DNA from: Octopus vulgaris
Lineage: Eukaryota
Direction: 5' to 3'
NCBI GenBank assembly: GCA_951406725.2
Contig: OX597817.1
Span: 5,890,001-5,954,000, forward strand
Length of the DNA: 64,000 bases
The position numbers were made by a program, and so were the translations under genes. This document shows, piece after piece, positions 13,388-27,689 of the stretch. The notes below the pieces were generated by a model. That model worked only from the letters and a program-made list of their open reading frames with translations. It did no database searches and had not been told where the DNA came from. Positions within the stretch are counted from its first letter, which is position 1. The number at the start of each line of letters is the position of its first letter.

Positions 13388-13680
13388 AAGTGGTTACAGC
13401 GTCAAGCTTACGATCGTGACGTTGTGAGCTCGAATCCCAGACCGGGCTGTGTGTTGTGTTCTTGAGCAAGACACTTTATTTCACGTTGCTCCAGTTCACT
13501 CAGCTGTAGAAATGAGTTGCGACGTCACAGGTGCCAAGCTGTATCAGCCTTTGCCTTTCCCTTGGATAAACACTGGTGGCAACTGCTGGTCTTCCATAAA
13601 CAACATTGCCCGGACTTGTGCCTGGGAGGGTAACTTTTTAGGTGCAATCCCATGGTCTATGTCGTAACCGAAGGGGGTCA
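13388..13680 (+). mobile_element. SINE group C: tRNA head + CORE + tail type 3
   Basis: CORE block tgtgttcttgagcaagacactttatttcacgttgctccagttcactcagctg is shared with the 17455 and 39753 copies. Confidence 0.8.
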
Positions 13681-14119
13681 TAGAAAATATATTTGCCGAA
13701 ATAAAATAATATTAGTTAATTAATATTGTTCTTATTTTTTCTTCAGTGCATAATTATTTATAGTCAACTTTTGATGCTCCATATATTAAAAATACTAGTG
13801 TTAATCTAATTAATGTTGTTTTTTTTAACAGCTGGTTATTTCGTTGATTTCCTTTTTCTGCATTCTTCGCTGCTTTAATGAGAACATTCAACAGATTTAT
13901 AATGCGCATGTAAACTACAAGACGATAACATCGTACAAATGCACTTTTCAAACTATTTCTATTGCACAGTGCTTTTGTTATGACATCATATCGTATTATC
14001 AAATATACTATGATCTGATGAGCAGCGCTTGATTAATCATTAAGCAAAATAGCTCCATGCTTAGAGCATCAAGGGAGGTGGGAGGAGGGGGGCCACGGAA
14101 ATGGTAAATGGGCACAAAC

Positions 14120-14506
14120 TTACTCTTTTACTTGTTTCAGTCATTTGACTGTGGTCATGCTGGAGCACCGCCTTTAGTCGAACAAATCGACCCCAGGACT
14201 TATCCTTTGTAAGCCTAATACTCATTCTATCGGTCTCTTTTGCCGAACCGCTAAGTTACGGGGACGTAAACATCGGTTGTCAAGCGATGTTGAGGGGGAC
14301 AAACAGAGACACACAAACACACACACATATATATTTACATACATATATGCGACGGACTTCTTTCAGTTTCCGTCTACCAAGTCCGCTCACAAGGCTTTGG
14401 TTGGATTGAGGCTATAGTAAAAGACACTTGCCCAAGGTGCCAAGCAGTGGAACTGAACCTGGAACCATGTGGTTGGTAAGCAAGCTACTTACCACACAGC
14501 CACTTC
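14120..14506 (-). mobile_element. SINE family A
   Basis: Matches the other family A copies. Confidence 0.9.
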
Positions 14507-14938
14507 TGTTGACATAATATTCGAAGTGGTTTATATAATCGCAAAACTAATTTCAAAGTGTTCACGGTGTTATAGTGAGGATCTGATCAAAGACATTGTC
14601 ATTATAAAAAAAAATTTAAAGTAGGAGAAAACTTTTCAAATATATATGAAGTGGAAGTTTACAAAAGTAAACCTTATTTTCCATCTTACCGTTAGTTTTG
14701 TTTCACTTTGATAAAAATAATCTTATTTTATGCTTTATTATTGTTTATATTTTGATTCACACACACATGTATATGAAGGCACCAGAATCGTGTAAGTGCT
14801 TAGGGCCTCTATGGGGCTTAATTCGGGCCCAGCTGATAAATACTAAGAAGCTAGAAATTGCAACAAGTTGACTCCTAATGATATATTGATACCAAACTAA
14901 GGATTTTGCTCAAAACAATCATCCTAGCAAGGCTATGT

Positions 14939-15450
<512 letters not shown>

Positions 15451-15807
15451 AGTTTTGACGTATGTTGTATGTGAAATAAATGTTCTTAATTGCATAATTA
15501 TAACTCTTTTAACTGGCTCTGTATTTAATGGTATTTTTTCTAACTATGAAAATAAGAATTTACAAACATAATTGCTGAAAAGGAATTCTAAACTTTCATA
15601 ATGATTGCTCTAAAATTCAGTCACCGTAATGCGCCGTTTATTCATTTAGTCTTTCAGTTAATATAGAACATTAAAGTCGAGTTCGTACCCTGTCTTCATA
15701 ACCACTCTTCTACTGCTTTGTTTTAAGACTTGTGAATTACTTCGCTCTTCAAGAATTTCGAAACAAAAGGATACTGCAATGACAAATTTTATCGATAATA
15801 TAATGAT

Positions 15808-16238
15808 TTCAATTCTTGGCACAAGGCCAGAAATTTCGGGAGACGGGAAATTCGATTACATCGACCCCAGTGTTTCAGGTACTACTTAAGAAGAGTGGTC
15901 CCGATGCGCGCACTCGCGTACTCGCACATCCGCGCTAGCTAGTCGTGACTAGTCGATCTTACAACGACTACCTAACAAGGTAAATAAAACACAAAAACTC
16001 AAAGTAAGGATCGACTAGTCACGACTAGATAGCGCGGATGCGCGAGTACGTGAGTGCGCGCACCAAGACCACTCTTTTTAAGTAGTACCAGTGTTTCACT
16101 AGTACTTAATTTATCGACTCCGAAAGGATAAAAAGTAAAGCTGACTTCAGCGGAATTTGAACTGAGAACATGAAAAGAGACGAAATGCCGCTAAGCATTT
16201 AGTCCGACTTGCTAACGATTCTGCCAGCTCGCCGCCTT
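15808..16238 (-). mobile_element. SINE family B variant with an alternative tail, interrupted by a MITE
   Basis: Head ggcggcgagctggcagaatcgttagc near 16237. The body resumes correctly on both sides of the insertion. Confidence 0.85.
15878..16089. mobile_element. Mutator/MULE-type MITE
   Basis: TIRs of about 85 bp starting GGTACTACTT. Perfect 9-bp TSD agtgtttca at 15869-15877 and 16090-16098. Confidence 0.88.
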
Positions 16239-16429
16239 AACGTCAGTGATAATATAATGAAATGGAGAACAATATCTTTAGATAGAAAGTACATAAGGAT
16301 AAATGAGCAAATGTTTCAAAGCAAAAATTACATTGAACTGTAATCTACGAAGGTAATGCAAGAGCGCTCACCCTTATTCCTCGCTTTTATCGACATAACT
16401 GTTTAAAACACTGAGATTATTCGTTATTA

Positions 16430-16835
16430 CTACTCTTTTACTCTTTTACTTGTTTCAGTCATTTGACTGCGGCCATGCTGGAGCACCGCCTTTAGTCGAG
16501 CAACTCGACCCCGGGACTTATTCTTTTTGTAAGCCCAGTACTTATTCTATCGGTCTCTTTTTGCCGAACCGCTAAGTGACGGGGACGTAAACACTCCAGC
16601 ATCGGTTGTCAAGCAATGCTAGGGGAACAAACACAGACACACAAACACACACACATACATATATATATATACATATATACGATAGGCTTCTTTCAGTTTC
16701 CGTCTACCAAATCCACTCACAAGGCATTGGTCGGGCCGAGGCTATAGCAGGAGACACTTGCACAAGATGCCACGCAGTGGGACTGAACCCGGAACCATGT
16801 GGTTGGTTGGCAAGCTACTTACCACACAGCCACTA
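16430..16835 (-). mobile_element. SINE family A
   Basis: Matches the other family A copies. Confidence 0.92.
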
Positions 16836-17034
16836 CTGAGCATGTTTTGGAGACAAATAAAGATAAAAAGAAGACAACCGAAAAGAAGTCTTTAAGGGAA
16901 GCAGAGCCTGATTTTACACACATTCACACACACCGCCACCACCACCACCACAACAACAATACACCACACCGCATACATGTATGTAATCTAATATGCTTGT
17001 ATGTATGCATGCATATATATGTATATGTATAAAC

Positions 17035-18625
17035 AGCTGGTTGGCATAATGTAGAAGTGCAAGATGCTTCTACTTCTGATAATCAAGCAGAAAACTTAGT
17101 TTCAAAAGAATTGGAAGAATATGGTTACGCACTCTGACAAATTGTTAATGTAGACGAAGCATGCCTCTTTTGGAAACGCATGCCAGCAAGGAGCCAAACT
17201 CAAAACAAACAGACATCGTTTGCAGGTTTTAAAGCAGTTAAATAATTAGTATAATTGGTTGGAGGTAATTTACTAAATAGTAAGTTAAGACCTTACGGAG
17301 ATGTACTTGCATAGCAAGTGACCTGATCTGAGATCGTGTGCTGGAACGAAAACAGTTGCAGGGTTGAAGGTGTTTATAAGCTATTTAAGAAACACACAAA
17401 AACCGTTAGATTCAAAGTGTCCGAAAAAATTATACCGGGGTTACTATTACAATGGTGACGGTGCGTGGCTTAGTGGTTAGGGCATTCGGCTCAGAATCGT
17501 AAGGTTGTAAGTTCGATTCCCGGCGTCCCGTTGTGTCCTTGAGCAAGACACTTTATTTCAGGTTGCTCCAGTTCACTCAGCTGGCAAAAATGAATAGTAC
17601 CTGTACTTCGAAGGGCCAGCCTTGTTACACCCCGTATCACGCTGAATCTCCCTGAGAACTACGTTAAGGGTACATGTGTGTGTGTGTGTGTGGAGTGCTC
17701 AACAACATGCATGCTAATCACACGAGCAGGCTGCTCCATTGATCGGATCAGTTGGAACTCTCGTCGTCGTAACCAACGGAGTGATACTACTGAGTGATAT
17801 TTTATTTTTATTTGTTTGCATCACTATTTATTTGAAGTAAAAAAGAATATGAGGACCAAAATATTCTGTTACATGTGCTACAGATTGTAAACAATGCATC
17901 GTGTCAACTATAATCGTTACAACATCGCCATTCAAAAGTTACATTATGGTTATGCTACCGAATGCAATGTCACTTTTCCAAACAATGGACAAAGACAATA
18001 TTACAATAGCTAAAGCATATTATCTTCGGCAGATCGTTTGATCAGTTATTACATGCTTTTGACAAGGAAGGAGATCCAGCGGTGAAAGAATTCAACAAAT
18101 CATTCAATGTTCTTGATGGGCTAAAAATATCAAAAGAATCATGGAACAAATTATAGAGAATAATATGAAAGTTGCTTGGAAGAAGGAATTCTGCCTCATT
18201 CAATTGAGAATTTTTAGGGAGATGAAGAAACTGAAGAGGCTGAGATTCAAATGAAACAGAAGTGATCTTTGATATTGCTGATCAATTACACCTTAATGTT
18301 TTCTACAAATGGCATAAATGATCTGTTTCAGTCGCTCGATCAAGAGTCCATACACTAAGACCTCATTGAAATGGAAGAGCATTATGAAATATCTCAAAAA
18401 GATCTAACAACGAAAATTCTTGTTTATTCCTCCGGTCTTCAAAGGAGATGATGAAGCCCTTTTTAAGCATTCAAAAGGGATTCATATTTTCAACTATCAT
18501 GTACCAAATTTCGAGCGAAATAGAAAAGTTGGTTCAAATCTAAATATATCTCACGCTTGTTATCATCAAATTTATAACTAATAAATACGTACAAATGGAA
18601 GTCAAAAACCTCTTACTACGTTTAT
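17035..18625 (+). pseudogene. Decayed Tigger/pogo (DDE_1) transposase
   Basis: QIVNVDEACLFWKRMPAR (~17137), GFKA, and SLFQTMD...KAYYLR (~17970). Broken by stops and nested insertions. Confidence 0.75.
17455..17785 (+). mobile_element. SINE group C: tRNA head + CORE + tail type 1
   Basis: A and B boxes and CORE present. The tail gagaactacgttaaggg...cacgagcaggctg...acggagtg is shared with the 38961 copy. Confidence 0.85.
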
Positions 18626-18632
18626 AAATAAA

Positions 18633-19028
18633 CTAGCAGTATCGCCCGGCGTTGCTCGGGTTTGTAAGGGAAATAACTATATAAGCATTTTTAGAGAGTT
18701 ATAGCCAAAAAATAGCAAAATAATGCATTAAAAATGGAAAAAAAATTATGGTAAATTTTTTTAAAAATCGTTGACTCATCGAAGACATTTTTAGAGAGTT
18801 ACTTCCCTTATATAATAGCGAAAAAATGCATTAAAATGGAAAAAATGATGGTAATTTTTTTTAAAATCGTAGACTCATCGTAGACGCGCGCTAATATCCA
18901 GAAGTGTTCGATATGAATCACGACTATAAGATACCCAGTTTTGGTTAAACTGCACCGCAAAATGTGGGAGTAGTTAGGAATCTAAATCGTAGGAGACAGA
19001 CACACAACTTCACTTTTATATATAAAGA
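18633..19028 (-). mobile_element. Non-autonomous Helitron
   Basis: A|TC 5' end, subterminal hairpin CCCGAGCAACGCCGGG and CTAG|T 3' end. A related copy lies at 53451-53816. Confidence 0.85.
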
Positions 19029-19206
19029 TGACTTCTGCTTCCAGTGAACGAAGTACGAGTAACAAAGCAATAAGGAATGACGACCTCAAAACGAGTACTA
19101 AAGGAAGATCGAATGATGACAAGCTAGTATGCGTGTTTATTATTTATTGTCTATTCCCACTTCATAAAATTTACTAGCTGCGAGAAAACTCTAGTTATGA
19201 ATACTG

Positions 19207-19669
19207 AGGTCAAAATCCCTCGTGCTTACTATATACAAAGATAAAAATGAAAATTATTTTCTAAGCAATGTCCGAGTCTCTATTTGCTGTCCGGCAATGT
19301 TTATTCAGACGCATTTTGTGATGTCGAGCGCGAAAATACCTTAAGCTAAGCCTGAAAGCAATGAAGTCATAAAAGAATCATCCATAATTTGCAGTAAGCA
19401 ACATTACTGTTATTTCTTTATTTTCTGCAAACAAAATGCACAAAAAAGCTACACGTTTGCATTATGTTATATATATAATCATAATAATAATAATAAAGGA
19501 CGTTACCGTATACATTTTTACAAACCAAGGACGTTATACAGACCTCATTGACTCAAGTTAGAGAAGGGGCGCGTATTATACACAAGGTTTAGATTTTACA
19601 GAGGTACAGCCCCCTAAAAATCTCCTGCCTTATTATACTCAAGGGCGGACTATACTCGAGGATTTACGG
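19207..19669. mobile_element. Second copy of the pogo-type MITE (one end lost)
   Basis: Reverse complement of 2229-2695. Confidence 0.85.
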
Positions 19670-20285
19670 TTATTCACTTAATATGTATGATGTATTAAAT
19701 CATTAGTTATGGTTAAATCGTTTCTTTTTATTTTATTGTTCTTAATTTAATACTTTGAAATGTTCTCGCACTCACAATCCTTATTGAGAACTGAACTGTA
19801 TTATGTAACATTATTTCTAAGTCAATTAACCTCTTACTTGATAATTGGATGTTTGGACCTAATTGCATGGTTCAGTCAACGTTTCTTGTAACTAATCACA
19901 CATTTGTGGACAAAGAATCCTGTTTATGGTATTCCAAAAGTGGAATTATGGTAGTAAACAGGTCACTGACTTCTTGACTTTCTTAGTTCTTTCAATATAT
20001 TACTTCGCCATTTTATAGATTTATTTACTTTCTATTTATGTCAACGACTGATGAACAGTTATCAAAACTAAACTAGAAGAGGTGCGAAAGCAGGTGCAGC
20101 AGAAAGAGGGTTTCATGTTTGAAAAGTGGGCAAGTAACGTTATGATTTGCTAAAAAAACTTGTTTTCTAATGACTCCACAAATCTTTCAATCTTATAAGT
20201 GTACTTGAAAATAATACAAGCTGAGAAGTCAAAAGATATATTTTATTTTAAAGCACTTCACGACTGATATCTTAATCATTCTAAG

Positions 20286-20884
20286 AGCGGTGAGCTGGCA
20301 GAAGCGTTAGCACGCCGGGCGAAATGCGTAGCCGTATTTCGTCTGTCGTTACGTTCCGAGTTCAAATTCCGCCGAGGTCGACTTTGCCTTTCATCCCTTC
20401 GGGGTCGATTAAATAAGTATCAGTTACGCACTGAGTCGATATAATCGACTTAATCCGTTTATCTATCCTTGTTTGTCCCCTCTATGTTTAACCCCTTGTG
20501 GGTGGTAAAGAAATAGGTATTTCGTCTGCCGTGACGTTGTGAGTTCAAATTCCGCCGAGATTGACTTTGCCTTTCATCCTTTCGAGGTCTATAAATTAAG
20601 TACCAGTTACGCACTGGAGGTCATATAATCGACTTAATCCCTTTATCTGTCCTTGTTTGTCCCCTCTATGTTTAACCCCTTGTGGGTGGTAAAGAAATAG
20701 GTATTTCGTCTGCCGTTACGTTCTGAGTTCAAATTCCGCTGAGGTCGACTTTGCCTTTCATCCTTTCGGGGTCGATTAAATAAGTACCAGTTACGCACTG
20801 GAGGTCGATATAATCGACTTAATCCCTTTGTTTGTCCTTGTTTGTCTCCTCTATGTTTAGCCCCCTGTGGGCAATAAAGAAATA
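20286..20884 (+). mobile_element. SINE family B trimer
   Basis: One head followed by three bodies, with units 2 and 3 starting at 20517 and 20701. TSD aatcattc(t/g)aag. Confidence 0.9.
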
Positions 20885-21039
20885 AATCATTCGAAGTTGT
20901 CAAGTATATTTTTAACCAATTGAATGTAAAAATGTGAAGGCTTACACGCTTTTTACTGCAATTCGTTACCGATTTTTATATCCGTAGGCTACATACTGTT
21001 GTTAAGGAAGGGAACCAGTCGGCTGTTAGTGAGACTTTT

Positions 21040-21760
21040 ATAAACCGTGTTGCACAAGCGGGTGATTGCCATAATCAATAACATTTCTTTGAGCAATAAT
21101 ACATTATAACAGAATTGGTGAAATGGGCAAATGTGTATGACACATTTTCCAGGTTATAGGGGGCTGTCCAATTTTCGTTACAGTGTATTGAATTAACTCA
21201 ACCAAGGAAAGAAGCTTTACTGTTAGCTTATGTTCGGTTTAGAAAAGAAGAGGAAATAATTCGTGAGTTATTATTCGCCAGAAATTGTAAACAGGTGGTA
21301 AATGTCCTGTCGATATTTCTTATCATGGGAGCGTTTTGTTGTTTTAAAGAAAAGGACATTTCTCTTACAAATACAGTGATAGATGCAATTAATGGTGTTC
21401 CGTTAACGATGGGTTGTTAGTGCAGGTTTATTGCACACATGCACAAGTCAATGACGAACGTATTAGTGAGACAGTACAAGATTCACAGTCCAAATTTAGT
21501 TACTAAATCCGTAGCGATTGCTTACATCAGCATCAGCTGAATTAACAAAACTGTAAATAGTTCACTCAAATACCGACTATTCGGACAACTGTACGAGCAA
21601 AATTATAAAGAACTTAATATATCATATTTAAATTCGCTGGTTATTGAGGAGCGCCTGTGTGAATCGCTTTCTTAGCCGTTTTAGAATGCCTTAAAAAACT
21701 AAGTTCCGACGTTTAAATGACGTATAATGTCGTATATATATTTCAAGTTTAATGAAATTA
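21040..21760 (+). pseudogene. Decayed hAT (Buster/ZBED5-like) transposase
   Basis: EALLLAYVRFRKEEEIIRELLFAR, NGVPLTMG, RLFGQLYEQN and IRWLLR motifs separated by frameshifts. Confidence 0.75.
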
Positions 21761-22528
21761 AGTTGTTGGAATAATTTCATTTTAGTAAATAATGAACAGA
21801 AATGTGGAATAAAAGTAGGAAAAAGAAATGTTAGTAAAAAATCTGTATGGTAATTTTCTCTCCATGAATTAAACATGGCTACCAGCAATCGTATAATCCA
21901 ACATTGAGAGCTACTTTTGGGGGGAGATAATTCTTATTAACATTTAAAAGTTCTTAAAAGGTATTTTCCATTATTTATAGTAATAAATCAGGAGAAGCCG
22001 GAAGTGAGTGTATGATGGGAATAGTCTTTTTTTTCTTGGTTAATTTATTTTATTTATATGTTAATTTTGATAAATAATAAATTTCTAGGTCAGTAAATAG
22101 GTAAACTAAATTACTCAACTTATAATTTTAAAATAAGGAAATATACTAGGAGATCGTATTTTAGACTATAAATTACATTAACAAATTTTTAGCCGATACA
22201 ATTCGCATAAAAATCACTAAACACGTTAGTGTTAATATACAATGCGTAGAAGAAAGCATTATTAGTCAATGAATAAGCAGTATTTCAATTATTCTAGTAA
22301 GTAGGGTAGACAACTCTACACAACTTTCAGCCTGTTTAGACATTCTCAGCTTAACGATACTATCCACACTACTTTGGATTCTTATCTGAGGTTTAATAAA
22401 TCTGAAAAAATGTCCTCACTTATCTCCCGCATTTGTCAAGAAAAAAAAGTGTATTAGCGATTTACTAAATGTACCTTTTATTCATCGTATTATTTCTAGC
22501 GACTTTTAAAAACGGGCTTCATTAGATA

Positions 22529-22959
22529 CTAGCAGCATAGCCCGGCGTTTCCCGGGTATGTAAGAGCCCCTAGTAGGCAACGACTAATCCCAATCTAGTC
22601 CTTTCCCTCTAGGGAACGAAGGCGCATGTGTAGGTTGCAATGTCTTCTCTTCACTCGAATACTTCTGTGTATACGAAGTTCCCAGCTGTCCTTTGGGCGA
22701 TAAAAAGGTCGAGTTGTGTCCCCTAGACAGAAAATGTGCTGCATATAAAAAGCTTAGATTCTCGACCCCATGTCGAATTTATTGATGTTTTTCAGAACTG
22801 GGGGAACTTTTCAAAATTTTAGCTGCGTTAGTTTTGAATTATGACATTGGGCTATGTGTGTGTCAAGTTTCATCAGAATCGGTTGAAAGCCGTGGTCAGG
22901 GTGAGGGTACAACCTGACAGACACACAGACAGACAAACTGCCGTTTATATATAGAGAGA
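22529..22959 (-). mobile_element. Non-autonomous Helitron, second family
   Basis: A|TC start, hairpin CCCGGGAAACGCCGGG and CTAG|T end. Confidence 0.8.
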
Positions 22960-23507
22960 TAACAAAACCGAACTTGACTATTACTTTCTTTTTCCATTCG
23001 GACGGCGTAGCTGAGTAATGTTAATTTTCATGCATTTTCGTCAACAATATTTTGTATTAGCTTTGCGATTCTCTCAGCTCTAATTCGGCAAATTGCGAGT
23101 ATAATTAAAATAACATTAGTAATAGACTAACGTGTTTTTAACTGTAATTAACATTCTAATTGGCCACAATTTAAAATGGTAATACTAATTTACACACGCA
23201 CACACCCATATTAGTTAATATTGCCATATTCCAGGCAGTTTATACACAAACACACGCATACACACATACACACACACAATTTCTCTCTCACACACACATT
23301 TATATATTGTACATTAAACCGTGTGGGTAGGTCAACAAAAATGTACACTGTTTCTTTATTAGCCACAAGGGACCAAAATAGAGGGGGGCAAACAAGGTCA
23401 GACAGGACACCACAGAGGGGACAATACGTAAAACGAATATGAATGAGATGATTATATAACAATGAGGTTATGAATGGCTGCATGCGCCCCTCATCACATA
23501 CAGTACC

Positions 23508-24324
23508 TATTTCTTTATTACCCACAAGGGGCTAAACATAGAGGGGACCAGCAAGGACAGACATAGGTATTAAGTCGATTACATCGACCTCCAGTGCGTA
23601 ACTGGTACTTAATTTATCGACCCCGAAAGGATGAAAAGCAAAGTCGACTTCGACAGAATTTGAACTCAGAACGTAACGGCAGACGAAATACCTATTTCTT
23701 TACTACCCACAAGGGGCTAAACACAGAGAGAACAAACAAGGACAGACGAACGGATTAAGTCGATTATATCGACCCCAGTGCGTAACTGGTACTTATTTAA
23801 TCGACCCGAAAGGATGAAGGGCAAAGTCAACCTCGGCGGAATTTGAACTTAGAACGTAGCGGCAGACAAAATACCGCAAAACATTTCGCCTGGTGTGCTA
23901 ACGTTTCTTATTTCTTTATTGCCCACAAGGGGCTAAACACAGAGGGGACAAACAAGGACAGACAAACGGATTAAGTCGTTAACATCGACATAGTGCGTAA
24001 CTGGTACATAATTTATCGAACCCGAAAGGTTGAAAGGCAAAGTCGACTTCGGCGGAATTTGAACTCACAACGTAACGGCAGACGAAATACCTATTTCTTT
24101 ATTATCCACAAGGGGCTAAACACAGAGGGGACAAACAAGGACAGACATAGGTATTAAGTCGATTACATCGACCCCAGTGCGTAACTGGTACTTAATTTAT
24201 CGACCCCGAAAGGATGAAAGGCAAAGTCGACCTCGGCGGAATTTGAACTCACAACGTAGCGGCAGACGAAATACCGCTAAGCATTTCGCCCGGCGTGCTA
24301 ACGTTTCTGCCAGCTCACCGCCTT
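23508..24324 (-). mobile_element. SINE family B tetramer
   Basis: Four units enclosed by one perfect 20-bp TSD ccctcatcacatacagtacc (23488-23507 and 24325-24344). Confidence 0.92.
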
Positions 24325-24351
24325 CCCTCATCACATACAGTACCATTAATC

Positions 24352-26150
24352 TTTTTTTTTTTACAGTCCATTTTTATCAAGTATTTACATAACAATTCAT
24401 TATCATGTTACATACCACTGCAAGTATTTGAACCGTTAAATATATTCTCTACAATTGTTCTATTTTTCAATATTTTTTAAACATAACATAAAACACTTCA
24501 CTCTTTCTTTTTTATCCTTTTTTTCTTTTTCCTTTCTTTTTCTTTTCTTTTTCCTCTCAATTAAACATACTTATCTTCTTTTTAATAGTACTTCATCAAT
24601 GGTTCAATTTCTATTAAAGCCTCTACTCGTGGCAATTCTTTGAATTCCACCCTTACTCCTGGTGGGTCAATACTATCTCCACATCTCTTCCAGTTTCTTG
24701 TAATTTTCCTTTTCCATCACTATCGCCTTCATATCCTCTGCATATATGTATGATGGTACTTTCACTCTTACTATTTCATTAAACTTGACTATCCTCTTTT
24801 CTGTTTCTACATTCCTTGGGTAGGTCACGTAATACCATATTCCGTTTCCTCCTTGTGTTTTCTTTCCTTTATTTTGAACTCTTTCTTCTCTCTTTTCCTC
24901 CTCCACTTTAAACAGTTTCTCCATCTCCTCTTCGGCCAGTTGTATTTCCGAATCCTTTTCCACCTGACCAACTGGTATCTTTACTTGTCACTCCACTTTC
25001 TTTTTACTTTCCTTCTCTGTCACCCTTTTGTCTTCCTTCCTGCTGACCTCCTTCACAGTTTCTTTTCCCATATCTTCTCTCTTTTTTTCCCGTTTCTCTG
25101 GCGGAGAACCCAACCCTCCGCTCCTCCTTTTTTTCACCTCAGTAAAACCATCCTGTTTCTTTTTCCTTTGTCTCGACCTGTTCTACCTGGTCCACGCTCT
25201 CTCGTCTCTCCACCTGCTCTGCTTGCTGCTTTTTCTGAGTGCACCATGCCTTCATGTGGCCCTTCTCTCCACATTCAAAGCATACAGGCCGCCTGCCCTC
25301 CACCTTCATTCTCAATCTCAAGTCGTCTGGTAGCACTATCTCCTCTGCAATCCTATTCAAATCCTCTACTGTTGCCTGGATAGTGAGTTCTATCCCACAT
25401 CCCCAGTAGTTGAGTTTTTTAGTTCTTGTGGCCTTCAATATCTTGGCTCCATCTTTCATATTGAACATTATGGTTGTCATGAGCCATGCCTCTTCTAGTT
25501 CTGGGGGTACTTGGCCTACTCGCACACTGGCCACACGTTTGCCGCAGTACTACGGCATACGTACCCACTCCTCCGATCTTATTGCCTCTATTGCGTGTTT
25601 GATCGCCTCCTCCTCTGTCGCGAAGCGCATATTCACGGTGGCATACCTCTTTCTTCTTGTTATAAAAGTTAACTTTTTAATATTTTTCAACACTTCTTCT
25701 ATTTCCTCCACTGTCGCAATCTCTATTTTTCTTGTTGCAATTCTCATAGTTTTATACGTGACTTTTCGTTTCGTTATGCTGTTTGTCAGCTCTGCAGGTG
25801 GCGTCAACTTCAGCGTTTCGCCCTCCTTCTCCAGGAACTTTTCACATGCCTGTCTTCATTTTTCTAGGTTCGGCCTTGATTTCGAATGCCTCCAACGTTT
25901 TATCTTCAGCTTCCTTTTCCAGTTGCGGCCGCATAACTGTGGCCGCCCTCTGGCGTTTTCTCCATTTTCCCTCAATGGGGAAAAATAACACGACAGTTAT
26001 ACAATATTAACAAACAGCAATAACGAACAATTAATTAACGATCTACTCACAAAAAACACTCCGTCTTCAAGCACTCAACTTCAAAAATAACTCTGACCAC
26101 TACTCAACTCCTCTCTACTACCACTGATCAACAGAAATATACTCAACTCA
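24352..26150 (-). mobile_element. ORF1-only L1/Tx1-type retroelement (HAL1-like), ORF disrupted
   Basis: MEKTPEGGHSYAAA start (~25965), an RRM-like segment, zinc knuckle CFECGEKGHMKAWC and a charged C-terminus to 24673. Poly(A) at 24362-24352; no ORF2 seen. Confidence 0.7.
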
Positions 26151-26202
26151 CCTATAGATGTGGATCGTTTAATGAACCCAGGAGTTATATGTGAGCGACA
26201 TA

Positions 26203-26254
<52 letters not shown>

Positions 26255-26255
26255 T

Positions 26256-26297
<42 letters not shown>

Positions 26298-26305
26298 ATC
26301 TATGA

Positions 26306-26600
26306 TGGACTCTTCCGTCGAAGACAACGTAGGCGTTCAGCTTTTGCCGAACGACCTTCACAAATGATTTGTATACAGTCATCAAATGTTCGTGGCAGAC
26401 ATTAGCTGATTCTTCCCATCAAATCGACGTTGCCTGAACAGATGGGCTGTGTACCACGCGTCAGATGTCGAAGTGCTCGCAAAGCAACGTGAGATGAAGT
26501 GTTTGCTCAAGACCACAACGCACCACCCGTTCTAGGGATTCAAACCACGATCTCACGATCATGAGTACAACACGCTACCCATTAGGCCATGCGCCCTCAT
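26306..26600 (-). mobile_element. SINE group C: tRNA head + CORE + tail type 4
   Basis: gagggcgcatggcctaatgg head, gttgtggtcttgagcaaacacttcat CORE and a tail not seen in other copies. Confidence 0.75.
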
Positions 26601-26964
26601 GCGCGTGTGTGTATGTCATTATTCAGTTTTATTTCAAAATACAGTCCGATGTGTCCTTTTGCAAGGCGCGATGATGTTACTTAAATTAGATTTGACTGTT
26701 ATTTCTGGCCTCTCTCGTAATTGCTCCTTCATTGTTTCGCAATAAAACCCTCATAGGTCTTGAGTGTGTGCGTATGTATGTATTTGAGAGAAGCTACTCA
26801 GTACATTTAATACAATGCATTTGCTTGAAGCTGTTGATACATTCCACCCTTGCCATGTCGAATGCACCACACATCTGTCTGTGTGCCTGTCCATCTGTCT
26901 GTATATTTCCTTCTCTCTCACTCCTTTCTATCTCTCTCTCTCGTTACACACACGCACACATATT

Positions 26965-27512
<548 letters not shown>

Positions 27513-27689
27513 ACTATATTTATATATACACACATACATACGTACATTTACGTATGTATATGAATGATTATAACCATATCTCTTCACACCTCTCACACAA
27601 CAAAACCCTTGTGATTTACGCATTACTGAGCTGAGGTGTGTGTGTGTGTGTGTATGTGTGTGTGTGTGTGTGCATGCGCGCGTGTGTGT

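Noticed and set aside
20286-24324. CRISPR-like or satellite reading of the ~183-bp repeats
   Set aside because: There are no unique spacers; the units are SINE bodies bounded by TSDs.
25410-25988. 192-aa and 176-aa plus-strand ORFs
   Set aside because: They are antisense to the ORF1-like frame that carries the recognisable motifs.
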